From the UHGV virus genome UHGV-1430915: 64,000 bases of DNA; one strand, given 5' to 3'. This DNA comes from a virus. This document shows, one piece after another, positions 34,347 to 45,174 of the stretch. The notes under the pieces are model-generated. The model had not been told where the DNA came from, ran no database searches, and saw only the letters and a program-made list of their open reading frames with translations. The position numbers and the translations under genes were made by a program. The number at the start of each line of letters is the position of its first letter. Position 1 is the first letter of the stretch.

Positions 34347-37300
34347 TTAACGAGAAAAGGTTGCGTAGGCTTCTAGACGATACTGCTGGTCACCAGGGAA
34401 CATAACACCTATAGAGGCTGTCCCTAGAATCCTGCCTTCCTTTCCAGACTCCATTCTAAACCCTACCCATCCTGAACTCCTTGCAGCCTCGATGTTGTCG
34501 CTATACCCGAAAGTGGCAAGATCGTCAACACCAGCCCCAAACAGCAACTGAAGCTGACTTCTCGGAAGCCCTATAATTTCAGGAATATACGCACCAAAGT
34601 ACACCATCTGCCCTACCTTAGGACCGCTGCCGTACTCCATCGGTTTGCTTGTAGAGAAAGTCTTCATACCAGAAGTACCTGCCGGATTAGGGTATGCCCC
34701 GTTTGTTGCTGTACCTATCCACATTCTCCACTGAGGTGCCATCTGTCTGACAGTAAACGATGTTGAAGACGTTTTGCGGCCTGCATCATCTGTAACTACA
34801 AACTTTATGGTGACATTCCCAGTAGCTTTAAATGTTACCAGTCCTGTGGTGGCATCTACTGTTGCAATGTTGGTATTACTACTTTCCCAAGTCTTTCTAA
34901 TCCCGGCTACGTTGGAAGGGGTAATAGAAGGTTCCTGCATCTGCAGTTTACCACCAACAATCCCTATGCCGTTGCCCGGATTATACAGCGCACCAACCTC
35001 GTCTATAATGTTCCCTGCTTTGAGACTATACTTCCTTGAGAAGTTGTAGGTTCCGTTATAAGCGTGTGTCCCTGAGAAGGTGACATCTGCCTTCCCGTAA
35101 GAGATGCAAACCAAAGCATACTTCCTGTCAGGCAACGTTTCTCCAGTTTCTGGGTGAGTTTTACCTACCTGGAACACACTCGGGTCAGTGGAGTCGTGGC
35201 TATCACTGACGGAGCTTGGACCACCCATCAGCTGTGACAAGCAATTCCTTACCCATGTCCAGTTATTATCACTGGAGAAGTCCACAGTCAAATCAAACAC
35301 AACCCACTCATTCGGCTTCCACACAGGTGTTGCAATGGACTTGCCTACACCACCTCCTTGGAGGGTTGCCGACTGTTCGGTGATCAGGGCCGCATAGGCC
35401 AGAGTTCCTAAACTCAGAGTCTGGCTTGCTGTCCTCACTACCTTAGAATCAGCATCTGTGAAGTTGTTGATGATCTGGAATGTGCCATAAGTGTTTTTAC
35501 AGGTAATTCTGGCGTTCAGTGTGTCAATCTTCCTCACATCTGCCATAGCAGTGTTAGACACAGAGAAGTCAGAAGCTTTAGCTGAGTTTGCCGCAACAGC
35601 AGGATCAACGTTAAGAGTTGCGTTGAACTGGCAGGCAGGGGTAACCAGCAGCTTGTTATCACCTATTTGCTTCCATGAAACACTTTGAACAGGGAGATTC
35701 CATTTAATACCTGAGAAAACCTTAGCAACCCTTGGACCCAAAGCTCCAGTCCTGTTGTCTTTACAGCACATAGACATGGTGATCGTTGACGGAGTGGCCT
35801 GACCAAATAATTGCTGTGCTTTTGCAGAGGACATAGTGTAGAAATTGTCCTTGACAAACTCATCAGCGGCTAAAGATCCATCAGCCCTCCACCACTGAAC
35901 CTGATACCCTGTTTTGTCCCAACCACCGACCTGCTTCAAGTCCTCCCAGGAGATTTCTAGATCCCCAGTGGTAGGGTTGATTGCAGCAGTTCCCGGTGTT
36001 CCGGGTGACCACAATGGAATATCAAACCACGCTGGTTTAGCCGACTGCACTGCGTTAGGTCCTATTGCAGCAGCAAGTTGTCGACCCATCAATACGCGGG
36101 TATCTTTCACAAAACCCCACTCGATCATAGACCCAGAGTAACCTTCTTTCTTGTAGGCAGGAGATCCGTTCAAATGGATAAGTCGGCTTGTGCCAAAGTT
36201 ATATGCCCCGCCACCGTTATCATCTGCAAAATTGTATATGATTCTATCCCTAATATCTTTCCATGCCCTACCGCCAATCTCGTAGTCATGGTCATAGCAT
36301 CTTTGCAGCGTTGTCCAGCAAATGATTGCCATCCTTCTACCATTGCTGAAGCCGAAAGCCTGATCGTTAAGCTCTCTCCACAAATAGCAGTTTGTGGTCC
36401 ACATAGCTCTGTGGATGTTGAACCAGTTTATAGACCTGGCCGCGTTGTTATAGTCAGTGCCTTCTAGAGTAGGCCACACTGCATTAACCAGCATGTCCTC
36501 TGTCCCTGCATCTATCAAGAATCCTCTAACTTTCTTACCCATTCCTACTCTGTCCTTGGCAATCCATGTGCCAAATAGTTTCAGTTTAGGACCGATTACT
36601 GCATCCTCTGGATGCTCAAGAGAGACATACTTCAAGTATATTGTAGGATCACCGTAGGTGCCATCACAAACAGCTTTGTGCATGTTCTCACCAAGGTCCA
36701 GACGGATACCTGTAAGAGTTTTGGTAGTATCCGTGAGCTTATCTGTCAAATCAAACTCGTACCACCACCATCCGGCCCCAAGTAAAACTTTCTTGCAGCG
36801 CTTAGAGTCTGTGTCAGAGATTCTTTTATCTCCAGCATAGGGTGAGTCTGCAAACTTGTAGTGCAGAGCAACTTCAAAAGGATGTGTAGATGTTCCGTCT
36901 TCTGCAAGGACTGGCTTCCCGATCAGATCGCACTTAATAATCATCACGACACGTCTGTACCCATTAGCAACTGGAACGTCGAACGGATATCTCTCACCAT
37001 TCATATTCGCATGCACGGCTGCGAAATTTATATATGGGTCAACAGCGTTACCTAGAGTCTCAGGTCCCGGGATTATCTTGTACTTCTTGACCTGCCCCAT
37101 AATATAGTCGCTACCGTAGGTTGCAGCCTCGAAGCAAGAACCTGTATCAGGTAGTTCAGCAGGCCCCCAGAAATATGCGCCATAACAGTTATAAAACCAC
37201 TTGTTAGGGTCGTAGTTGTTCTTAAAGGTCTGAACCTCATTAGCCTGTTTCAACAAGAAAACCTGCGTATCTGTAAAGATTGCAGGATTCACCCTTGCCT

Positions 37301-39983
37301 GTCGATCAGCATATCCAGGTTGGTTAAACCACTGATTGCAAGAATAGTCCCTCATATAGTCATAATCAGAGTATTTGTTGTTTGCATCCTCGTTCCAACA
37401 CAAGTTCAGGTTGGTGCCGCCCATGCACACAATATATTCTTCAACATATTTATCACTTCTGGTAGGAACACCTATGAACCATCTGTTAACAGGCTCATCC
37501 CAAGCGGTGCGCTCATCTTTAACGCAGATCGCAATCCAGTCATGTGTCCCTGTTTTCTTGCACACATCTCGCTTCATACCGTAGTAGAATTCTTTAGTAT
37601 TTGGCTCAGGTGCGCTTATTAGGTAGCTCCACGCCTGGTCCGCATAGGTTCCATTGGTACGAGGGTCATGATCAAAAGCATACATGATGATCCTTTCCCC
37701 GCCAAGATGTTCACCAAGAGTAACTTTGATGTTCACATCCCCGTAACCGTTGCGAACAACATCCATATTATCAATAGAAATACCTCTAGGAGTGTAGGCA
37801 ATTTTCAGTGAGTTATCCTCACTGGTGCCACCAAGGGTAATCCCTATATTGTTTGTTGTCCCGTCGGCATATCTTACCGTTGCTTCCCAGCGTATTCCGA
37901 AATATCCTACGTCATGGCTGACAATTTTTAGTGTACGAGCACCTGGGTGAGGTTTTCCAGGATCAGGCCACGGGTCTGAGTGTTCGTGAACAGTCAACGA
38001 TGTCCCATTTTGTTCGTTGATCTGCAGCATTTTACCACCTCTGCCGTTGGGGTTGAACTCCCATAAGGCCTGCGTCTGCACCAAGTTATTGTAGGTATTT
38101 CGTCGCTGATCATAAATCTCTTGGGTAACATCATAAGTTACTGATCCAGCATCCATTCTATGGAGTCTGACCATATACGATGTATCCCCTTCTACTGCAG
38201 GTTGAGCCCCATTCAGACCAAAGTACACAGTGTCATTAACATGGAACTGTTTGTTTCTACCGACAGTATGCCACTTACCGTCAGAAGGATACGCAGGAAC
38301 TATGGTGTTCCAGTTCAAAGTCCTTGTCGTGTGAGTTCTGCCTGTGCCATGCTTGTCATGATAGGTTATTTTTACAGAGTACAGGCCACGTCTGTTAACA
38401 TTCCTGTTATACTGAGTAACAACAACTTCGTTGGCCCCGCCGTGGTTCCAGTTGGTGGAGAATTGGTAATTTGCATCTGTAACAACCGTACCTGCAGCAT
38501 TTACCAGTTCAATCTTGTCAATAATGAACGTAGCTCCCTCTGGCTGAGGCTTCAATTTCATCTTGACTGTGTCACCAATGTAAATATTGCTAACGCTGCT
38601 AACACCGTTAACGTCAAAAATATCATCAACACCCCAACTATCTACTGGGACATTTTTATACCAATTCTCAGGTACCTCCGTGAACCCTTGGCTATTAAGC
38701 CTGCCGCCAAACAGGTTATTAGAGCCTGCAAAACTTCCCCTTGGGATACCTGACCACCAAAGTTTACCATTAACAACAGTAAAGGTTCCTAAAAAACCTT
38801 CTCTGTGAATGCCTTGGAAATAAACACTCTCTGTCCAGCTAACTGGCAAACGTTGCTCAACATATTTAGCCGTAGCAACGGCCTGGTAATGAATAAAATC
38901 GGCACGGGGGTTATTGTTTGCAGATTGTGCGCCAATATCGTTGCACAGGTTTCGAGAGAAGCCACGATACTGCTTGGTGCCGTTGTTGAAGAAAATACCA
39001 CTGGTGCCATAGCCACGAGCCATTATTACTTCATGGGTGTAGGTGATATTTAATGGACGCCAGGTATCATCTCCCCAAACGTTTTGCCCGTAGAATACGT
39101 TAACAAGTTGTTGGTCATCAGGTCTGTGCATTCTTTGTGTTGCAACCACTGCCCCGTTCGGACCGCACATGAACCCTTTCCACTCCTCATCTGCAGGAAT
39201 TCCTCTCAAATCGTCACGGGTAATCTGAGCAGGAGGCCAAACAAGGTCGTTTCTGCTGTTGTTCCTCAGAAAGTCGTATCCCGCAATCCAGAAACCTCTA
39301 GGACCACCGAAAATAACAGAGTTATCATGCACCTCACAGTTGATGCTTGGGTTTTTCCAAGGACCTGTTTCAGGATTTTCCGATGTTTCACCAATCTTTA
39401 CAGGGGTTGCATGCTGGTTTTTATCCACATGCAAAGATCCGTAGGTGTTGTTACCAGATCCGTACAGGTTCAGTATGCCAGTGCCTTCTGCCTCTGCAAT
39501 AACCCAGACAGTGTTGTTAATACCACCCATCACCTCAACAAGGCGCTCTGGGTGTGTGTCGAGGTGCAACCCTTTAACAATCTGCTCAGGAAGAGGTGTC
39601 CACTCGTTTACGCAAACATCATTACCACCTGCCGCAGTGGATCCGATAAGACCTGCAGTGCAGCCGATGTAGAAAAACTGGTTATCAAAAGTCCGGATCA
39701 CAAACGCACGGTCTGCTCTCCACACATGATCAACATTCCAAGCTGTCTCGCTCGGGTAGTTTATAGGGCTACGATCCCCAGTGCGACACTCCCCGAACTT
39801 GTTATAACCCGTAATATTAAGCTGACCATTGTCAAAAAGTATAGCTAAGCTATTTACATAAGCTACTGTAGTGCTTGTACCGTCACTGTTGTCTATTGGG
39901 TATGACAGAACAGCAAGTTCCTTAACTCCACCCCTCTTATCGAGGAAATGACGACCAAGTTTTAGCAAAGGGATTGGAAGCAT
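34347..39983 (-). CDS. very large tail fibre/structural protein (1878 aa) with C-terminal Ig-like (Big_2-type) region
   Basis: Size and position at the end of the fibre cluster; segment NIATVDATTGLVTFKATGNVTIKFVVTDDAGRKTSSTSFTV resembles bacterial Ig-like domains. Confidence 0.55.
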   Translation of the reverse strand: MLPIPLLKLGRHFLDKRGGVKELAVLSYPIDNSDGTSTTVAYVNSLAILFDNGQLNITGYNKFGECRTGDRSPINYPSETAWNVDHVWRADRAFVIRTFDNQFFYIGCTAGLIGSTAAGGNDVCVNEWTPLPEQIVKGLHLDTHPERLVEVMGGINNTVWVIAEAEGTGILNLYGSGNNTYGSLHVDKNQHATPVKIGETSENPETGPWKNPSINCEVHDNSVIFGGPRGFWIAGYDFLRNNSRNDLVWPPAQITRDDLRGIPADEEWKGFMCGPNGAVVATQRMHRPDDQQLVNVFYGQNVWGDDTWRPLNITYTHEVIMARGYGTSGIFFNNGTKQYRGFSRNLCNDIGAQSANNNPRADFIHYQAVATAKYVEQRLPVSWTESVYFQGIHREGFLGTFTVVNGKLWWSGIPRGSFAGSNNLFGGRLNSQGFTEVPENWYKNVPVDSWGVDDIFDVNGVSSVSNIYIGDTVKMKLKPQPEGATFIIDKIELVNAAGTVVTDANYQFSTNWNHGGANEVVVTQYNRNVNRRGLYSVKITYHDKHGTGRTHTTRTLNWNTIVPAYPSDGKWHTVGRNKQFHVNDTVYFGLNGAQPAVEGDTSYMVRLHRMDAGSVTYDVTQEIYDQRRNTYNNLVQTQALWEFNPNGRGGKMLQINEQNGTSLTVHEHSDPWPDPGKPHPGARTLKIVSHDVGYFGIRWEATVRYADGTTNNIGITLGGTSEDNSLKIAYTPRGISIDNMDVVRNGYGDVNIKVTLGEHLGGERIIMYAFDHDPRTNGTYADQAWSYLISAPEPNTKEFYYGMKRDVCKKTGTHDWIAICVKDERTAWDEPVNRWFIGVPTRSDKYVEEYIVCMGGTNLNLCWNEDANNKYSDYDYMRDYSCNQWFNQPGYADRQARVNPAIFTDTQVFLLKQANEVQTFKNNYDPNKWFYNCYGAYFWGPAELPDTGSCFEAATYGSDYIMGQVKKYKIIPGPETLGNAVDPYINFAAVHANMNGERYPFDVPVANGYRRVVMIIKCDLIGKPVLAEDGTSTHPFEVALHYKFADSPYAGDKRISDTDSKRCKKVLLGAGWWWYEFDLTDKLTDTTKTLTGIRLDLGENMHKAVCDGTYGDPTIYLKYVSLEHPEDAVIGPKLKLFGTWIAKDRVGMGKKVRGFLIDAGTEDMLVNAVWPTLEGTDYNNAARSINWFNIHRAMWTTNCYLWRELNDQAFGFSNGRRMAIICWTTLQRCYDHDYEIGGRAWKDIRDRIIYNFADDNGGGAYNFGTSRLIHLNGSPAYKKEGYSGSMIEWGFVKDTRVLMGRQLAAAIGPNAVQSAKPAWFDIPLWSPGTPGTAAINPTTGDLEISWEDLKQVGGWDKTGYQVQWWRADGSLAADEFVKDNFYTMSSAKAQQLFGQATPSTITMSMCCKDNRTGALGPRVAKVFSGIKWNLPVQSVSWKQIGDNKLLVTPACQFNATLNVDPAVAANSAKASDFSVSNTAMADVRKIDTLNARITCKNTYGTFQIINNFTDADSKVVRTASQTLSLGTLAYAALITEQSATLQGGGVGKSIATPVWKPNEWVVFDLTVDFSSDNNWTWVRNCLSQLMGGPSSVSDSHDSTDPSVFQVGKTHPETGETLPDRKYALVCISYGKADVTFSGTHAYNGTYNFSRKYSLKAGNIIDEVGALYNPGNGIGIVGGKLQMQEPSITPSNVAGIRKTWESSNTNIATVDATTGLVTFKATGNVTIKFVVTDDAGRKTSSTSFTVRQMAPQWRMWIGTATNGAYPNPAGTSGMKTFSTSKPMEYGSGPKVGQMVYFGAYIPEIIGLPRSQLQLLFGAGVDDLATFGYSDNIEAARSSGWVGFRMESGKEGRILGTASIGVMFPGDQQYRLEAYATFSR

Positions 39984-40031
39984 TGTGTTCTCCAGATAAG
40001 AAAACCGCCCCGTCAGGAGCGGTCAGATATA

Positions 40032-41777
40032 TTAACGTTGTGCAATAACCACATCCACAATATCACCAACACCACAATATGTCAATTGTAGCAAGGTGAC
40101 ACTGTTGGCTTTGTTGTTAATAACAGGAGTAGCCGACAGTATGGCATATTTATCGTGTAAAGTCACGTTGTGGCCTACAGCATCCTGAATGACATAGATG
40201 ATTGCAGTGAACGGGTAAGGTTTATCTTCAGCCGATGTTCCAGGCCATTGCCCTATTGTAAAATCCCCTTTCGCGTGGACAACATACATATTGGCCTGCC
40301 CGTTAGGTGTCCATGTCCCACTAGCTGCGTCAGCCTCCTCTAAGTCAAACTCCACCTTCCCTGCATGGAAAGCAGGGGCAGTAATAGTTTTACCAGCTTC
40401 AATTTCTTGAGAGGTGGTTATCTTGCCACTGGAGTTAATGCCATTACAGACAAAGTTGACATTAGAGAAGTCTGGCAGCCACCCAGTCACTGTACCTGAT
40501 ATTTCAAGGTTGTGAAGGTAGGTGGTGCCAGTCCCTGCTGCGTTTAAACTAACATCTCCATTTACCTGCAAGTTTCTGGTAACGTTGCAGTTTTCAGAGT
40601 TTGCAGTTGTTGCAGTTAAAGTGGTGGTTGTCAGCTCGGTAATTACACCTTTGTTGGCTGTAAGTCCTTCTCCTTCAAAAGTGGCACGCTCATTCACCCT
40701 CAGAGTATTTAAAGATATGTTCTGGACAGATGCTGTGCCACGAATGACTATAGATCCGCCAACCTCTAAATCTCCATTGATCAGTGCATCTCCCGTGCTT
40801 TCAATATAGCTAGGGTAGATCATGGTGCCATCTACAGAGTAGGTTATCCCTGTAACGGTGCCTGTCACCTCAAGGTTCTTAACCCTGGTGGTCCCATCAA
40901 CCTGCAATGTCGGTTCGGTGGCTGCCTTCATGGCATTACCGCGAATGTACACGTAGTCAAAAAAGTTATTACCTAGACCATCAAAATGCACATCGTTGTT
41001 ATTAGCCACTGGTTTCCCAGAAGTTATAGTGTCAGCTATAACTCTGTGAGTTGATACTTCATGAGGTTGCAGCTCTGTGCTTCTCCAGTCTGCATGCTTA
41101 GGATCGCTCCACGCAAAAGTCAGTGTAGAAGTATTTGCCGTAAGGATTAGGTTCCTGAAGCGTGCAGTAGAATCTGCTCCATTAACAGGTCCGTGTAAGG
41201 TAAGGGTACCCCCAACTATAGTGTTAGCAAGTTCTGTAAGACCTTTTACCACCAAAGATCCTACAGTAACTTTCATCCCCTCCATGGCTTTAAATATGCT
41301 ATCCACATAGTCAACAACAAACTCTGTGTTTGCTATAGACTCGGACTTATCATCCATTGGAGGTGTAGGTACTCTCGGGTCACCTTCGAACCTTGGGCTG
41401 TTAAGTTTTGCGTAGTATTTTGCCATTACTGCAGAATCGGTGTATAATCTCCAGTTCGGAGATTGTGAAGGATCTGCTGGCATTCTAACTGGGTTAGATT
41501 TTGATGCTGCGGGAGCGTACCACCACTGAGGGCCTGTGTCTCCTTTAAACTCATAAAGTTGGTTAAAGACTGTTGTGGATGCACCATACGCCCAAGGGAT
41601 CGGTGGCGTTTTAAAATAAAGGTTGTCAAGCATGGCTTTTCGTACCGTAGGGATAGTGGTCCCATCCTCTACGACAACTTCATCCACAGCGTTACCGTTG
41701 ACAACCAAGTGCAAACGTTCAGAATCAACAATTACTTGATCTACCGCCTGCTCAAAGCTTGTCATGTCTTGCGCCAT
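40032..41777 (-). CDS. tail fibre/tail spike protein (581 aa)
   Basis: Fibre-like N-terminal anchor region, Thr/Gly/Asn-rich beta-type sequence, position in fibre cluster. Confidence 0.5.
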   Translation of the reverse strand: MAQDMTSFEQAVDQVIVDSERLHLVVNGNAVDEVVVEDGTTIPTVRKAMLDNLYFKTPPIPWAYGASTTVFNQLYEFKGDTGPQWWYAPAASKSNPVRMPADPSQSPNWRLYTDSAVMAKYYAKLNSPRFEGDPRVPTPPMDDKSESIANTEFVVDYVDSIFKAMEGMKVTVGSLVVKGLTELANTIVGGTLTLHGPVNGADSTARFRNLILTANTSTLTFAWSDPKHADWRSTELQPHEVSTHRVIADTITSGKPVANNNDVHFDGLGNNFFDYVYIRGNAMKAATEPTLQVDGTTRVKNLEVTGTVTGITYSVDGTMIYPSYIESTGDALINGDLEVGGSIVIRGTASVQNISLNTLRVNERATFEGEGLTANKGVITELTTTTLTATTANSENCNVTRNLQVNGDVSLNAAGTGTTYLHNLEISGTVTGWLPDFSNVNFVCNGINSSGKITTSQEIEAGKTITAPAFHAGKVEFDLEEADAASGTWTPNGQANMYVVHAKGDFTIGQWPGTSAEDKPYPFTAIIYVIQDAVGHNVTLHDKYAILSATPVINNKANSVTLLQLTYCGVGDIVDVVIAQR

Positions 41778-41786
41778 GATTTCTCC

Positions 41787-42053
41787 TTAAGCTTTTTGCT
41801 CTTCGTTTTTAACGTGGTCAGGGTGCTGGCAACCCCACCGGAGCGAGATGAATTTGCTAATAAGCTGGGGGCAAGCTACCGAAGGTGCGTATATCCACGC
41901 ATACCATTCAGGAAGCGTATCATTATACCCCATATGAATAAACACCCCAGTCATCACTGCCATGCCTATGTTTGACCATAGCTTAGATTGGGACACTTTC
42001 GTAGGGTCATCAGATGCCGCAACCAACCCCCATAAAAACTGAGTTAATTTCAT
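41787..42053 (-). CDS. small hydrophobic protein (88 aa)
   Basis: Hydrophobic segments (FLWGLVAA, IGMAVMTGVFI); sits between fibre genes. Confidence 0.4.
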   Translation of the reverse strand: MKLTQFLWGLVAASDDPTKVSQSKLWSNIGMAVMTGVFIHMGYNDTLPEWYAWIYAPSVACPQLISKFISLRWGCQHPDHVKNEEQKA

Positions 42054-42062
42054 TTACCCTCT

Positions 42063-43109
42063 TTAAGCATAAGATATCGTGATCCATTGACCGTTTACAA
42101 ATTTTTGAATAGCACCAGTCCAATAGTCACCTTGATACGGGTGTTTATAGGCGTAATTGCCGGAGCACATTACATGCCCAGGGTATACTCTTGATTCTCT
42201 GTAGGTGGTTCTGAAACGGTTTGCTATCCTTACATCTTCAACACCCATACTAGGCATAGGGATAGTAAGGTTACCACTGCTATCTGCGCTACTACCATTT
42301 ACCCTGCGGACCACGTTTCTCCCACCAACTGTTGCATATTGACCTCTGGCGGTTTTATCGTTACAATCTACTCTTCCACCTATTTGAGCGCTGCCGCAGG
42401 ATTGTTGTCCATTAACAGTGGCTCTTGGTATCGTTACCGCATTGGCATTTGCAGAGGAGCTTTTTGCATCATTGCATTCAAGATTTCCTTGGATAGCCAG
42501 TCTTGCACGGTTGGCAGTTATAGCATTGAGCTTCATAGCCGAAAACACAGGCTGCCCACCAGAAGGTTGAAATCTCCAACGGAAACCGTCTATTTGGTGA
42601 GAAGGATCATCAAGGTCTGTGCCGTCAGCGCCACCGATGTTGTCCATAATCCAGAAATCCATCATCGTCTTGTCTGGAGTTATGGTGGTATATATCGCCG
42701 CATTGTCTGTTGACGCAGATGCAAACTCAATTCTTTGAAGACCTAAAGTTTGAGTCTGGATCATTGTGTCTCCAGTCTTGTCAACATAAAGGTCATCCAT
42801 TTCTTCAGGCGAGTATACATTGAGAACTTTACGTGCAGCAGCTTTGTCTGGAACGTCTGCCAGATTATTAGTGACCCTTAAGAATCTATTATCCCATCCA
42901 GGGACAACATCTTCTGTTAAATGCTTTAGCCACGCAGAGAGCATATGGAGTTCAAAGTTAACAACTTCACATGCTATCCTTTGTGTCATATCCCAACCTT
43001 TCAATCTCTCTTCTTTGTTCGGTTGAGATTTGTTCAACTCTCCTGTATTTTCAAGCACAACATCCTGATTGGCCCAAATATCAAGAGGGATAACTGGTTT
43101 AGTCATCAC
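42063..43109 (-). CDS. tail fibre protein, paralog 1 (GDTM motif)
   Basis: KTGDTMIQTQTLGLQRIEF fibre motif; N-terminus PLDIWA and C-terminus VNGQWITISYA shared with 44122..45162. Confidence 0.55.
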   Translation of the reverse strand: MMTKPVIPLDIWANQDVVLENTGELNKSQPNKEERLKGWDMTQRIACEVVNFELHMLSAWLKHLTEDVVPGWDNRFLRVTNNLADVPDKAAARKVLNVYSPEEMDDLYVDKTGDTMIQTQTLGLQRIEFASASTDNAAIYTTITPDKTMMDFWIMDNIGGADGTDLDDPSHQIDGFRWRFQPSGGQPVFSAMKLNAITANRARLAIQGNLECNDAKSSSANANAVTIPRATVNGQQSCGSAQIGGRVDCNDKTARGQYATVGGRNVVRRVNGSSADSSGNLTIPMPSMGVEDVRIANRFRTTYRESRVYPGHVMCSGNYAYKHPYQGDYWTGAIQKFVNGQWITISYA

Positions 43110-43196
43110 GTTCTCCTGAGAAAATTCCTTAAGGACTATTTTAACACTTTAGAGAACAAAATGCAAGAACGGCATCCTTGCCGTTCTGACCTTTGT

Positions 43197-43511
43197 TTAC
43201 CTTTTACTATGCTCTACAAGCATGTGTAAAATCTTTTGCACATCAGCTCTGATACCGGAGACATCTGTCCTGACATCTTGCTTAAGGTCGTTAATATCGG
43301 CCTCTAGCTTACTTAACCGGGTCTCGATAATGGAATCAAGTCTATCTTTTGTAACCATGCTATTTTTCACTAAAATGAGGTCTTTCTCCAGCTCATCTAA
43401 CCTCTTGGAAATGCCTTTCCATTTGGTGTGCCACTGGTTGAAAGCCCATACACAGATCGGGACAACGGTACCCATGCAGATACCGTACAATGCCGCCAAA
43501 TCCAACTCCAC
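43197..43511 (-). CDS. small membrane-anchored coiled-coil protein (104 aa)
   Basis: N-terminal TM-like segment LYGICMGTVVPICVWAF followed by heptad-like LDELEKDL...LSKLEADINDLKQDV. Confidence 0.4.
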   Translation of the reverse strand: MELDLAALYGICMGTVVPICVWAFNQWHTKWKGISKRLDELEKDLILVKNSMVTKDRLDSIIETRLSKLEADINDLKQDVRTDVSGIRADVQKILHMLVEHSKR

Positions 43512-43522
43512 AACACCTCCTC

Positions 43523-44107
43523 TTAGAGGGTAGGTCGTTCCGGGAAGAAAATGTCAGGGGCTTTAGATGTATCTATTTCAAGAAGTTTTACCCTGTACAT
43601 TTTCAAATCTCTGATGTTGCGTTTCTGGTCATCAGTAAGATCATATTCAAGGTCAATCATGTCTTGATAGGCACCAATTCTAGCAGTAGCCCAAGCAAGT
43701 TCTGTCTCTATGACACCCTCTGCCTGTTGAACAAAGAACTCATTGTCTGCGACAAATTCATCACCAACTAAACGCAAAGCGTCGTGGTGGAGCATAATGT
43801 TTTCTGGTACCTCTTCTTTTTTGGCGATAACCACACGAAGACCTGGAGCAGGCCACAAGGCATCAGGCTCTTCTGTAGATGTCTTAAGAATACCCTTCTC
43901 GTCAACAAGTAGGAAGATACAGCCAGGATTTTCTTGTCGCAATGTTCGTGATTGGACATACCAATCGCCATCATCGTTACGTAAAAAATATCCAGTGTAT
44001 GCCGTGTAATCCTCCACCTCTTGAGGGGTAAGCTCCTTGGTCTCGTTGTTAGTGAAGTATTCGCCAGATCCCGGCTGGTAAAGTTTAAACTCTTGAAGTA
44101 TTTTCAT
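43523..44107 (-). CDS. hypothetical protein (194 aa)
   Basis: ORF track. Confidence 0.5.
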   Translation of the reverse strand: MKILQEFKLYQPGSGEYFTNNETKELTPQEVEDYTAYTGYFLRNDDGDWYVQSRTLRQENPGCIFLLVDEKGILKTSTEEPDALWPAPGLRVVIAKKEEVPENIMLHHDALRLVGDEFVADNEFFVQQAEGVIETELAWATARIGAYQDMIDLEYDLTDDQKRNIRDLKMYRVKLLEIDTSKAPDIFFPERPTL

Positions 44108-44121
44108 GCTAGTCCTCCGAT

Positions 44122-45162
44122 CTACGCATAATTAACAGTGATCCATTGACCATTTACAAGTTTTTGTAAAGGTCCTGCCCAGTAGGTTGAACCACGCATC
44201 TCTTTTTTATCACCAAAATGCCAACCTGTGACAACGTAGCCGTTGCGAACTGGAGATTCAGAAACACCATCAACAAGTCTTGCACCGATTCTGATATCCT
44301 GTACCCCTGTCTGCGGGATGGTGATCGTTACATCGCCGTTACCGTTAGCTGTCACTCCATTCACAGAGCGCACCACATTTCTGTTACCGACAACACAATG
44401 CTGGCTTCTTACAACCATACTGTCACAACTTGCGCCGCCATTAACATAAACGGACCCAGCTGTCAACTGACTAGCCACATTACAGTTGGTGAATGTTGCT
44501 GTGCTGCTAATGGTAAGGTTGTTACACCGCATGTTATCGACAACTTCAACATTACCTACCACTTTCAACAGCGCACGGTTAGCCGTGATCGCGTTCAGGT
44601 ACATCAAAGTGAACTCTGGATTAATGTCTGGCTGAGTTGGCTGGAATCTCCAACGAAACGCATCTACTGTAGATGTGCCACCATCATCAAACGCCCCAGT
44701 GTTATCACTTAACCCAAAGTCGAGAGTTGTCTTATCTGGACCAATAGTTGTCTCTATCCAAGCCTTATCTGTCTCGGCAGCTTTAAAGTTGATACGCTGC
44801 AAACCTAAGGGGCCTGTCATTGTATCGCCTGTAACTTTTACATACCTGGCGTCTGCCTCTTCCTTAGTAATAATCCCAAGGTTTCTACGGGCAACAGGAA
44901 TGTTCAAAAGATCACTTAGGTTATTATCACGTACCAGATAACGGCCTTCTTGGGCTGGGATCTGCTCGTCAGCAATATATTTTGCCCAAGTCCCGAGCAT
45001 ATTGAAAATATAGTTAAGTTCTTCACATGACGGCTTTTGACCAAGATCCCAACCTTTTCTCCACAAATCATCAATCGGGCGTAGCCTGTTCTGTCTGTGG
45101 GTGTTAGGCAGAACCTGATCCTCCTCTGCCCAAATCTCTAATGGAAAACTAGGTTTTGACAT
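44122..45162 (-). CDS. tail fibre protein, paralog 2 (GDTMTGPL motif)
   Basis: VKVTGDTMTGPLGLQRINF; conserved N- and C-termini with 42063..43109, divergent middle. Confidence 0.55.
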   Translation of the reverse strand: MSKPSFPLEIWAEEDQVLPNTHRQNRLRPIDDLWRKGWDLGQKPSCEELNYIFNMLGTWAKYIADEQIPAQEGRYLVRDNNLSDLLNIPVARRNLGIITKEEADARYVKVTGDTMTGPLGLQRINFKAAETDKAWIETTIGPDKTTLDFGLSDNTGAFDDGGTSTVDAFRWRFQPTQPDINPEFTLMYLNAITANRALLKVVGNVEVVDNMRCNNLTISSTATFTNCNVASQLTAGSVYVNGGASCDSMVVRSQHCVVGNRNVVRSVNGVTANGNGDVTITIPQTGVQDIRIGARLVDGVSESPVRNGYVVTGWHFGDKKEMRGSTYWAGPLQKLVNGQWITVNYA

Positions 45163-45174
45163 TTTATCTCCTGA

